Program-made: the position numbers and the translations under genes
Shown: piece after piece, positions 18,599-27,143 of the stretch
Position numbering within the stretch: the stretch's first letter is position 1
Layout: the number at the start of each line of letters is the position of its first letter
Assembly: GCF_000025125.1 (NCBI RefSeq)
Contig: NC_013771.1
Coordinates: 1,260,001 to 1,292,000, forward strand
DNA from: Candidatus Atelocyanobacterium thalassa isolate ALOHA
GTDB taxonomy: Bacteria; Cyanobacteriota; Cyanobacteriia; Cyanobacteriales; Microcystaceae
Length of the DNA: 32,000 bases
Direction: 5' to 3'
Notes under the pieces: model-generated
What the model was told of the DNA's origin: nothing
The model's input: the letters and a program-made list of their open reading frames with translations, nothing else
Databases searched by the model: none

Positions 18599-20737
18599 TT
18601 AAAACCAATCTTCTTCTTCTTCATCCCATTGATTTTCGTTTGGTATTTGACGAAAACGGTTACGATTTTGGTAAGATTCGTATTGATCTCGAGAATATCT
18701 CAAATCCTTTTGAGGGAAAGAATGGTTGTCACTATTTTGTTTAATCATATTATATTCGTCATATTGATCATTGTAACGTTCATATTCAGAAGATTCATAA
18801 TCTTTCCGCTTTTGGTAATAAGTGGAATTATAATCAGAATCATAAGGAATATATGAATCAGTTTCGGAATCATTCGCAAAAGTTCTTTTAATAGATTCTA
18901 ATATACCTTCATCCTCTTCCTCATATTGTAAACGTACTTCTCTATTTAGTTCATGCAATAAATCCTCTAAATTATCTTTTGCTTTATCTAAAGATCTTTC
19001 ATCATCATTATTTAAACTCTCAATAATCTCACGATTTAAAACTTCAATTTGACGACGATAGCTACTAGTAAATTGAGCTCCAAAATCGAGTGTAATATCT
19101 TTTATTCTTCTTAAGGCTTGATCTGTTAGAGCTTTAGCATTATTACGTTTTTCTATACGCTCCCGCCGCTGCCGATCTTTCTCCGCAAATATAGAAGCTT
19201 CTTGAACCATCCGATCAATATCTTTTTCACTAATAGTAGAGGTTCCTTGGATAAGGACACTTTGTTCTCGCCCTGTTGCTTTATCCCTTGCAGTAACTTG
19301 TAATATTCCATTTGCGTCAATATCAAAAGCAACTTGTACTTGAGGAAGTCCTCTTGGAGCAGGAGAAATTCCCGTAAGTTTAAAACGTCCTAAAGATTTA
19401 TTATCAACAGTCATTTCACGTTCTCCTTGAACAACATGAATTTCTACTATGGTTTGATTATTTTCTCCTGTCGAAAAAATATCAGAGCGACGTACTGGGA
19501 TAGTTGTATTACGAGGTATAAGTTTTTTCGTAACACCTCCTATCGTTTCTAAACCTAAGGAAAGAGGAGTTACATCTAATAATAATATTTCTTTAACTTC
19601 ACCAGCTAAAATACCTGACTGAATAGCAGCTCCAACTGCTACAACTTCATCAGGATTAACATTTTCATTAGGTTCTTTATCAATTAAACTACGTACCAAA
19701 GACTTAATCATCGGCATCCTAGTCCCTCCACCTACGAGTACCACCTCATCAATCTGAACAGGAGTTAATTTTGCATCATTCATAACTCTTTTGAGAGGAC
19801 GTTGTAAGCGACTTACTAAGTCTGAACAAAGATCTTCAAACTGAGGACGTGTTAATTTTTTCTCTATATGTTGCGGACCATTTTCTGTAGCGGTAATAAA
19901 AGGAAGATTTATATCAGTTACACTTACTCCGGAAAGCTCTATTTTAGCTTTCTCTGCGGCCTCAGTAAGGCGTTGTAAGGCTTGTCTATTTTTCCTTAGA
20001 TCTATACCTTCATCCTTTAAAAATTGCTCAGCTAGCCAATCAACAATGCGTTTGTCAAAATCACTCCCTCCTAACTGAGTATCACCACTAGTGGATTTAA
20101 CCTCAAATACTCCATCCCCAACTTCTAAGACGGAAACATCAAAGGTGCCTCCTCCTAAATCAAAAACCAAAATTTTTTGAGATGTTTTTTGATCTAATCC
20201 GTAGGCTAAAGAGGCTGCAGTCGGTTCATTGATTATTCTTAGTACTTCTAATCCTGCTATCTTCCCTGCATCTCTGGTAGCTTGTCTCTGAGAATCATTA
20301 AAATATGCAGGAACTGTAATTACCGCACTTGTAACAGGTTCTCCTAAATAACGTTCTGCCTCTTCAGCTAGCTTTCTCAAAATAAATCCTGATATTTCTT
20401 CAGGAGCAAAATCTTTGTTTAAACGAGGGCATGCTAGCTTAATATTACCATTATCATTTCGACGAATAGTATAAGGAACTTGTTTTGATTCATTAGTTAA
20501 CTCATTATATTTACGTCCTATAAATCTTTTAACACTATGGTATGTATTTTGAGGATTAAGAACAGCCTGCCTTCGTGCCATTTGTCCTATTACCAACTCC
20601 CCATCTTTACTAAAGCCCACCATAGAAGGAGTAGTACGCATTCCTTCGGAATTAGCGATAACCACTGGCTTACCGCCTTCCATAACTGCGACTACAGAAT
20701 TTGTTGTTCCCAGATCAATGCTAACTACTTTACCCAT
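18599..20737 (-). CDS. dnaK: Hsp70 chaperone DnaK, DnaK3-type, with an approximately 110-aa Tyr/Asp/Glu/Asn-rich C-terminal extension
   Basis: [18 protein letters not shown] and [10 protein letters not shown]. The tail ends [13 protein letters not shown] lies 9 nt upstream of ATG 20737, so I prefer that start over the TTG at 20752 in the track. Confidence 0.9.
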   Translation of the reverse strand: MGKVVSIDLGTTNSVVAVMEGGKPVVIANSEGMRTTPSMVGFSKDGELVIGQMARRQAVLNPQNTYHSVKRFIGRKYNELTNESKQVPYTIRRNDNGNIKLACPRLNKDFAPEEISGFILRKLAEEAERYLGEPVTSAVITVPAYFNDSQRQATRDAGKIAGLEVLRIINEPTAASLAYGLDQKTSQKILVFDLGGGTFDVSVLEVGDGVFEVKSTSGDTQLGGSDFDKRIVDWLAEQFLKDEGIDLRKNRQALQRLTEAAEKAKIELSGVSVTDINLPFITATENGPQHIEKKLTRPQFEDLCSDLVSRLQRPLKRVMNDAKLTPVQIDEVVLVGGGTRMPMIKSLVRSLIDKEPNENVNPDEVVAVGAAIQSGILAGEVKEILLLDVTPLSLGLETIGGVTKKLIPRNTTIPVRRSDIFSTGENNQTIVEIHVVQGEREMTVDNKSLGRFKLTGISPAPRGLPQVQVAFDIDANGILQVTARDKATGREQSVLIQGTSTISEKDIDRMVQEASIFAEKDRQRRERIEKRNNAKALTDQALRRIKDITLDFGAQFTSSYRRQIEVLNREIIESLNNDDERSLDKAKDNLEDLLHELNREVRLQYEEEDEGILESIKRTFANDSETDSYIPYDSDYNSTYYQKRKDYESSEYERYNDQYDEYNMIKQNSDNHSFPQKDLRYSRDQYESYQNRNRFRQIPNENQWDEEEEDWF

Positions 20738-21180
20738 ATATTTTTTCTCCAACTACTCCGTTTTAAATATGAGTGTTATTTATTCGGAAACTTAATTTTA
20801 ATATATATTTCATTAATGATGATGATATTGTATCTAATTATATAAAGTTATTATGATCAAATATGTTAAGGATAAATAATACACCAGTAAGTTAAAGAAT
20901 TAACCTAATAAGTAGTTTTTCTAGTTGAGAACTTACAATTTTAGCAAATAAACAATTATATATATGCAAAAGATTAGACTATTTTTTGAAATTTAAATAA
21001 TAACTAGTTACTATTTAAATTATCAAGAACACAAAGAATATTTATATTTTACTGATTTTACAAGTGATTATTTTAGCTAATAAAGTTAAATGTTAATTTC
21101 TATTGATGAAAACAAATATACACGATTAGGTCTTATTTTAGTATATTGTCCTATCCAAGCATTAGTAAAACTAGAATTTA

Positions 21181-21222
21181 AAACGTAGTAATAGAAAGTA
21201 CCGGAAGTCTATCACTACGTTT
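21181..21222 (-). terminator. Probable intrinsic terminator of the Nfu gene
   Basis: 14-bp stem with one mismatch (21181-21194 with 21209-21222) and a 14-nt loop. On the minus strand the stem runs into TTTTAAATT. It lies 56 nt past the stop codon. Confidence 0.5.
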
Positions 21223-21278
21223 ATTAGTAAAAGAAAAAATACTTAATAATATATAGCTTTTTTCTAAATCTTTAAACT

Positions 21279-21521
21279 TTAAAATGCTTGTTCAACTTCT
21301 GAAACTTCAGGAATCATTTCTTTTAAACGTCTTTCAATTCCCATTTTAAGAGTCATGGTAGAACTAGGGCAGGAGCCACATGCTCCCTGTAGACGTAATT
21401 TCACGATTGCTCCATCTATTTCGACAAGCTCTACATTACCTCCATCTGCTATTAAGTATGGACGTAATTCATCTAAAACTTGTTCGACATTAGTTGGTGT
21501 TAAAGCCATTACTTCCGACAT
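21279..21521 (-). CDS. NifU C-terminal-domain (Nfu-type) Fe-S cluster scaffold/carrier
   Basis: 80 aa. [16 protein letters not shown]...[11 protein letters not shown] (CxxC). Confidence 0.85.
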   Translation of the reverse strand: MSEVMALTPTNVEQVLDELRPYLIADGGNVELVEIDGAIVKLRLQGACGSCPSSTMTLKMGIERRLKEMIPEVSEVEQAF

Positions 21522-21843
21522 ATTTACCTCGATTGTATTGAACTAAGACTGGGGAAATTAAGAAATTTATTTTTTCTTACCCAATGAATAAAAACTGTAG
21601 AAGACTTTTACTTAATAATAATGCTAGTTTAACTCATGATTGTAAAAACTGTATCTTAAGTTAATTTCTATTCTGTAGCTTCTTTGTACAGACATATTAG
21701 ATACGTCTGTAATTATAGTATTTAATGAATACTTTAATTAGGTACAAAAAACAGAACTTATAAGATTTAATAATGATAATTTAAATAAGACATATACTAA
21801 CTTTATTGGATAGCCAACATATATCAATTGGTCAAGTTACTAC

Positions 21844-23388
21844 CTAGCTTTCTACATTTTGGTTTTTTAGTAATGGAAAAGCAATTACATCTCTTATACT
21901 TGCAGAATTTGTTAGTAGCATTATGAGTCGATCAATACCGATTCCCAATCCTCCAGTAGGAGGCATTCCATATTCTAAAGCTGTTAAAAAATCTTCATCT
22001 ATATTGTGAGCTTCTAAGTCTCCTGCTGCTTTTTTAATAGCTTGTTTTTCTAGCCTTTCTCTTTGGTCAATAGGGTCGGTTAATTCAGAAAAACTATTTG
22101 CTAATTCTCGTCCCATGATATAAAGTTCAAATCTTTCAACCACATTTCCTTTTGTACGATGAGGTTTTGCTAATGGAGAAATTTCGACAGGAAAATCTAA
22201 AATAAATGTAGGTTGAATTATTGTCTCTTCTACAGTTTGCTCAAAAACTTCATTAAGTAACTTTCCTATAGTCCGACAGGCTTCCGGGATTTGTATTCCT
22301 AGCTTGTTGACTGCTATTTTGGCTTCTTCGAAAGTTTTAAAACTTTCGAAATCTAAATTATTTTTTTCTTTAACTATTTCATTCATAGTAATTTTTCGCC
22401 AAGGTTGCGAAAAATTAATTTTTTGTCCTTGACATTCAATAATTGTATCTTGACCTATATCATGAATAATCCTGGTGATAATTTTTTCTGTTAACTCCAT
22501 CATGCCATAGTAATCTGAATATGCTTCGTAAATCTCAATGGAAGTAAATTCTGGATTATGTTTAGTTGAAATTCCTTCGTTACGAAAAATTCTACCTATC
22601 TCAAATACTTTTTCAAAGCCACCTACAATTAGTCTTTTTAGATGTAATTCTGTCGCAATCCTTAAATAGAGATCCATATTTAATGTATTGTGATGCGTTA
22701 TAAAAGGTCTTGCATCTGCTCCGCCTGCTTCAGATTGCAAAACAGGTGTTTCTATCTCAAGAAATCCCCTCTCTTCTAAAAATTTACGAATAGAGGATAT
22801 TACTTTTGAACGGCAACGAAAAGTCTCCCTTGTACTAGGGTTAACTATTAAGTCAATATATCTTTGGCGGTAACGTTTTTCTCTGTCAGTTAAACCATGC
22901 CATTTATCAGGAAGTGGTAATAATGATTTAGTTAAAATTTCATATGTTTTCACTTTAATAGAGAGTTCACCTTTTTCGGTCTTTTTTATACTCCCTGTAA
23001 CTCCAATAATATCACCAGTATCTATGAGTTTTTTGAGATGATTAAAAGGGTTTTCTATATTACTCATATTATCTTGAATAATTTTTTTATCAAGATATAG
23101 CTGAATATTTCCTGTTTCATCTTGTAGAGTAAAAAAAGCAAGCTTTCCAAAAACTCTACGAGCCATAATTCTTCCAGCAAGTGAGACTTCTTTGTCTAGT
23201 TCTTCTCCTTCGCCTAAATCAACATAAGTTTTCTGTAGATGAGCAGCATTATGAGTAGATTTCCATTGATAAGCATAAGGAACTAAACCTAGCTTTTTTA
23301 GCTCTTCTACCTTTGCAAGGCGTGTAGCACGAATTTCTTGTAATCCGGAATTAAATTGAGCTTCTTGTTGCGATGAATTAAAGGACAT
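21844..23388 (-). CDS. lysS: Lysine--tRNA ligase, class II
   Basis: OB-fold N-domain, [17 protein letters not shown] (motif 2 region) and [14 protein letters not shown] (motif 3). Confidence 0.92.
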   Translation of the reverse strand: MSFNSSQQEAQFNSGLQEIRATRLAKVEELKKLGLVPYAYQWKSTHNAAHLQKTYVDLGEGEELDKEVSLAGRIMARRVFGKLAFFTLQDETGNIQLYLDKKIIQDNMSNIENPFNHLKKLIDTGDIIGVTGSIKKTEKGELSIKVKTYEILTKSLLPLPDKWHGLTDREKRYRQRYIDLIVNPSTRETFRCRSKVISSIRKFLEERGFLEIETPVLQSEAGGADARPFITHHNTLNMDLYLRIATELHLKRLIVGGFEKVFEIGRIFRNEGISTKHNPEFTSIEIYEAYSDYYGMMELTEKIITRIIHDIGQDTIIECQGQKINFSQPWRKITMNEIVKEKNNLDFESFKTFEEAKIAVNKLGIQIPEACRTIGKLLNEVFEQTVEETIIQPTFILDFPVEISPLAKPHRTKGNVVERFELYIMGRELANSFSELTDPIDQRERLEKQAIKKAAGDLEAHNIDEDFLTALEYGMPPTGGLGIGIDRLIMLLTNSASIRDVIAFPLLKNQNVES

Positions 23389-23582
23389 TTGTAATATGAA
23401 CTATATAGTATTTAGAGATTAAATAAAATTTGAAATTATTGATCAAACTATTATTATAGCGTCACAAATGCTTGGAATAAATATTTTATTAATTGCTCAT
23501 TAAAATACTTCTATGTGTATTCTAAAAAATATTAAATTCCATAGGAACAAGGAATTTAGAGAAACAAAGTACTCATGTTATA

Positions 23583-23670
23583 TTTATATTAGGTACTTTC
23601 AACGATCTTACACATTGAAATTTCTAACAGTATCAATAAGTTTTATATAGGCACTTTAACAATGCTTACA
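23583..23670 (+). repeat. Two imperfect ~30-nt direct repeats, 59 nt apart start to start, upstream of ktrB
   Basis: tttatattaggtactttcaacgatcttaca (23583-23612) versus tttatataggcactttaacaatgcttaca (23642-23670). About 26 matching positions with 3 single-nt indels. Confidence 0.55.
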
Positions 23671-23806
23671 TGATTTATTGAGGATCGAATATAAATACAA
23701 TTAAGTCATGTTTTATGATATTAGTTAGTTAAATTAATATTTAAATAATAGTATTTTTTATATTTATGTTAATGTACGAGCAATTCAGTTCTATTAAGAT
23801 TTTTTA

Positions 23807-25177
23807 TTGCTGATGACGATTGCAAGGACGATTTGCTTAGGTTTTTTAGCAGTGATTTTAGTGGGTACATTATTATTAATGTTACCCTTTGCTACTAGTG
23901 ACGGAAGTTGGAGCAACCCTTTAGTTGCTTTGTTTACATCTACCTCTGCCGTATGTGTAACAGGATTAGTTGTTGTTGATACAGGAAGTTATTTTTCTTT
24001 TTGGGGTCAGTTAATCATCCTTTTGCTAATTCAAGTAGGAGGATTGGGTTATATGACAACAACTACTTTCCTAATACTTGTCCTAGGTAGAAAGTTTGAC
24101 CTTAGACAAAAATTTGCAATAAAGGAACCATTTGATAGTTCTCATCTATATGGTAGTAGCCAAAATATTATTATTTCAATTGTTGCAACAACTTTAATTT
24201 TCGAAATTCTTGGTATTTTATTAATGCTTAATGTATTTTCGGATAAATATGGAACCTTTCAAGGTTTATGGATAGCCACTTTTCATAGCATTAGTGCTTG
24301 GAATAATGCAGGATTTAGTTTATTTTCAGATAGTTTAATTAGTGTTGGTGACTCTTTTATAATCAATTTTGCAATTTCTATATTGATTATATTCGGAGGC
24401 ATTGGTTATCAAGTCATTATTGAAATGTATATAGCAATTAGACATAAGCTTAAAAATAAACAAGAAAGGTTAGGATTTTCTTTAAATTTTAAAGTTGCAA
24501 CAAGTACGACTATCGCCTTACTTGTTGCTGGAACTATTACATTTTTGATTACCGAATATAATAATCAAGCTACTTTAGGATTGTTGAATTTTCATAATAA
24601 ATTATTAACAGCTTGGTTTCAGTCTGTTACAACAAGAACAGCGGGATTTAATAGTATTGATATTAAAAATATGACTTTTGCTGGTCTTTTCCTAACTATG
24701 GGACTTATGTTTGTAGGTGCAAGTTCTAATGGAACAGGAGGAGGCATTAAAACCACAACACTTTGTATCCTAACTAATTGTACACGCTCTGTCTTAAAAG
24801 GAAATCATGAAGTAGTAATGTTCCGCAGAGAAGTTCCTGTTTCTTTAATTTTAAAAGCAGTTGCTGTTGTATTTGGTTCAACAAATATGGTTGTTCTAAT
24901 GACATTATTAATTTCGCTATCTGAGGCTAGCTTAAATCCTACTTTCTTTGACTCTGGGGTTAGTTCCTTACAAGTTTTGTTTGAGGTGATTTCTGCATTT
25001 GCAACTGTAGGACTTTCTACAGGTATTACAGCTAATTTATCTTCTTTATCACAACTTTTATTAATTCTCACAATGTATGTTGGAAGAGTGGGGATACTTG
25101 TTTTTATCGCAGCTATTTCCAAAAAATCTCAACCACGATTAATACAATATCCTGAAGAAACTTTATTAGTCGGATAA
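23807..25177 (+). CDS. ktrB: TrkH/KtrB-family K+ transporter membrane subunit
   Basis: Multi-pass membrane protein with repeated pore-loop motifs (SAVCVTGL, AWNNAGFS, TTRTAGFNS, ATVGLSTG). Adjacent to ktrA. The start is either TTG 23807 or ATG 23813. Confidence 0.8.
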   Translation: MLMTIARTICLGFLAVILVGTLLLMLPFATSDGSWSNPLVALFTSTSAVCVTGLVVVDTGSYFSFWGQLIILLLIQVGGLGYMTTTTFLILVLGRKFDLRQKFAIKEPFDSSHLYGSSQNIIISIVATTLIFEILGILLMLNVFSDKYGTFQGLWIATFHSISAWNNAGFSLFSDSLISVGDSFIINFAISILIIFGGIGYQVIIEMYIAIRHKLKNKQERLGFSLNFKVATSTTIALLVAGTITFLITEYNNQATLGLLNFHNKLLTAWFQSVTTRTAGFNSIDIKNMTFAGLFLTMGLMFVGASSNGTGGGIKTTTLCILTNCTRSVLKGNHEVVMFRREVPVSLILKAVAVVFGSTNMVVLMTLLISLSEASLNPTFFDSGVSSLQVLFEVISAFATVGLSTGITANLSSLSQLLLILTMYVGRVGILVFIAAISKKSQPRLIQYPEETLLVG

Positions 25178-25234
25178 GTTGTAAATTTTATATTATTATA
25201 AATAGATATTTCTAAAAAAGGGTGAGGTATTAAT

Positions 25235-25927
25235 TTGAAGTCCTTAAATTTTTTAAGTATTCTTCGTAGAGAGACCCGTCAATTTGCAGTTATTGGATTA
25301 GGACGCTTTGGGCGTTCAGTATGCAGAAACCTTCATAAATTAGGCTACGAAGTATTAGGAACAGACATAAAAGAATCTTTAGTGTCTCAAGTTTTAACTG
25401 AGAACATTGCTTCAAGTGCCATCAAACTAGATTCAACTAAGCCTAATGCTCTAAAAGAGGCAGGTATTTTTGAATTTGATACTGTTATTATTGCTATTGG
25501 AAATTATTTGGAAGAGAGTATTGTTACTGCTTTAAATATTAAAGAAGGAGGTGTGAAATACGTAATTGCCAAAGCCTCTTCTGATGTTCATGGCAAACTT
25601 TTGCAAAAAGTTGGGGCTGATTTAGTTGTATATCCCGAATATCAAGCTGGGTGTGACTTAGTTCATTTACTCACGCAAAATCCTAGAATCATAGAAAGAT
25701 TCGAACTTGATCCTGATCATAGTATTGTAGAAACTCGTATTCCGCAAGAATTCCACGGAATAGCTATTGAAGAACTAAAACTTAGAAGCCGTTATGATAT
25801 AAGCGTACTAGCTGTTGGTAATGATGATAAGTTTAAAATTAATCCTTCACCTCAGGAGAAATTAAATAAAAATTTATCAATGGTTGTTATTGGTTCTAAC
25901 AAAGCTATTCAAAAACTACCTCTATAA
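25235..25927 (+). CDS. ktrA: KtrA/TrkA-type K+ uptake regulatory subunit (RCK N and C domains)
   Basis: Rossmann motif VIGLGRFGRSV. 230 aa. TTG start with GGTGAGG 7 nt upstream. Confidence 0.8.
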   Translation: MKSLNFLSILRRETRQFAVIGLGRFGRSVCRNLHKLGYEVLGTDIKESLVSQVLTENIASSAIKLDSTKPNALKEAGIFEFDTVIIAIGNYLEESIVTALNIKEGGVKYVIAKASSDVHGKLLQKVGADLVVYPEYQAGCDLVHLLTQNPRIIERFELDPDHSIVETRIPQEFHGIAIEELKLRSRYDISVLAVGNDDKFKINPSPQEKLNKNLSMVVIGSNKAIQKLPL

Positions 25928-25928
25928 A

Positions 25929-26483
25929 TTAAGCATCAGTAAGAATGTTATTATTTTTAACTGATGTGGAGTTTAAAAGAAATAGAGATGCACGAGACAT
26001 CGCTTCATGAGATAAATTCATTTTAGTTAAAGTTATCAAACCTTCCTGAATAAACATATCTCGTATCAAACTTTTATTAACTTTATTAAATTCCGTTTCA
26101 TAAAAAACTTCTTTAATTCCGGCAGAAATTATTAGTTTCAAACAAGATATACAAGGTTCCAAGGTTACGTAAATAGTAGAGTTATTTGTAGAAATTCTAT
26201 ATTTTGCTGCTTGTGCAATAGCATTTGCCTCTGCATGAACAGCACGTGAAGGCAAATTGCTAGAAGAAATACAGCTTTCAAGTCCTGGATAACAAACACC
26301 CTGACTTATACAGTGACTAGAGTTGGCAGGAGGACCATTGTACCCAGTAGATAAAACACGCTTATCTTTTACAATAACGGCTCCTACTGGAAAGGCTAAA
26401 CAAGTAGATCTTGTAGCAGCTAACTTAGCCATCATCATAAAATACTCGTTCCAAGTAGGTCTTTGACCTTTTATGTATGTCAT
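25929..26483 (-). CDS. Deoxycytidylate (dCMP) deaminase
   Basis: Zinc-binding HAEANAI and PCISCLKLI motifs. Size and layout of ComEB/dCMP deaminases. Confidence 0.85.
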   Translation of the reverse strand: MTYIKGQRPTWNEYFMMMAKLAATRSTCLAFPVGAVIVKDKRVLSTGYNGPPANSSHCISQGVCYPGLESCISSSNLPSRAVHAEANAIAQAAKYRISTNNSTIYVTLEPCISCLKLIISAGIKEVFYETEFNKVNKSLIRDMFIQEGLITLTKMNLSHEAMSRASLFLLNSTSVKNNNILTDA

Positions 26484-26514
26484 AAAAATATTTATAAGAA
26501 TTATTTAAAAAATA

Positions 26515-26946
26515 TTAAACTCCTGTTGAGCCGAATCCATCTGTGCCTCTAATTGAAGAACTTAAGGAATCTACCTCTTCAATTTCAACACGTATGATAG
26601 GCATGATAACCATTTGAGCAATTCTCATTCCTGGTAAAACTTTGAAAGAGATTGAACCATGATTAATCAGAACTACTCCAATCTCTCCACGATATCCTTC
26701 ATCAATAGTTCCTGGAGTATTTAAAACGGTAATTTGATGCTTTAAAGCTAAACCACTTCTTGGACGAATTTGTGCTTCTGTATTAGGAGGTAGTTCAATA
26801 GAGATACCAGTCTTAATTAGTTTACTTTCATAAGATTTAATTTCTACTTCTTCTATAGATATTAAATCCATTCCTGAATCTCCATAGTGCTCATATCGTG
26901 GAATAACCGCAGAGCTCTTTAGCTTTACTATTTTTAACTTATTCAT
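26515..26946 (-). CDS. dut: dUTP diphosphatase (trimeric dUTPase)
   Basis: [26 protein letters not shown] and GFGSTG, which are dUTPase motifs 1-5. Confidence 0.9.
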   Translation of the reverse strand: MNKLKIVKLKSSAVIPRYEHYGDSGMDLISIEEVEIKSYESKLIKTGISIELPPNTEAQIRPRSGLALKHQITVLNTPGTIDEGYRGEIGVVLINHGSISFKVLPGMRIAQMVIMPIIRVEIEEVDSLSSSIRGTDGFGSTGV

Positions 26947-27083
26947 GTGATTATTTATTAATATAAAAAAGCGAGTTAATTTAAACTTCTACTAAAAATA
27001 GCTATTAAAAATTAGTATATGTTGCAATTTTATTTTTAGAAAGATATGTACTTTATCTGTAAAAGCTCAACTATCTTAACAAA

Positions 27084-27111
27084 ATTATATTTTGACATCA
27101 ATATTTGTCAA
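27084..27111 (-). promoter_or_regulatory. Consensus sigma70-type promoter (TTGACA, 16 nt, TATAAT) between the TS-like gene and dut
   Basis: The minus strand reads TTGACA (27111-27106), a 16-nt spacer, then TATAAT (27089-27084), about 135 nt upstream of the dut ATG. The -35 is half of an inverted repeat, ttgaca-N8-tgtcaa. Confidence 0.35.
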
Positions 27112-27143
27112 TGCCTATACAATGACTTAGAAAAATTTTTTAA

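Noticed and set aside
20738-20900. CIRCE/HrcA operator upstream of dnaK
   Set aside because: There is no TTAGCACTC-N9-GAGTGCTAA-like inverted repeat. The only resemblance is a lone gagtgtta.
23389-23806. c-di-AMP (ydaO/yuaA-type) riboswitch upstream of ktrB, considered because that riboswitch controls ktrAB in Bacillus and is pseudo-two-fold symmetric like the two repeats here
   Set aside because: I could not find the conserved G-rich cores of that class anywhere in the spacer (the GGGGA/ACGGGG and CCGA elements as I recall them). The repeats are AT-rich and lack the expected helices.
4073-25122. Antisense track ORFs 4073..4321(-), 6291..6530(+), 15301..15522(+), 18629..18856(+), 20537..20845(+), 21355..21546(+), 24805..25122(-)
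   Set aside because: Each is nested opposite a confidently identified gene (sppA, ABC1 kinase, lepB, dnaK, dnaK 5' end, nfu, ktrB). Each translates to Ile/Phe/Ser-rich junk typical of the antisense frame in AT-rich coding DNA.
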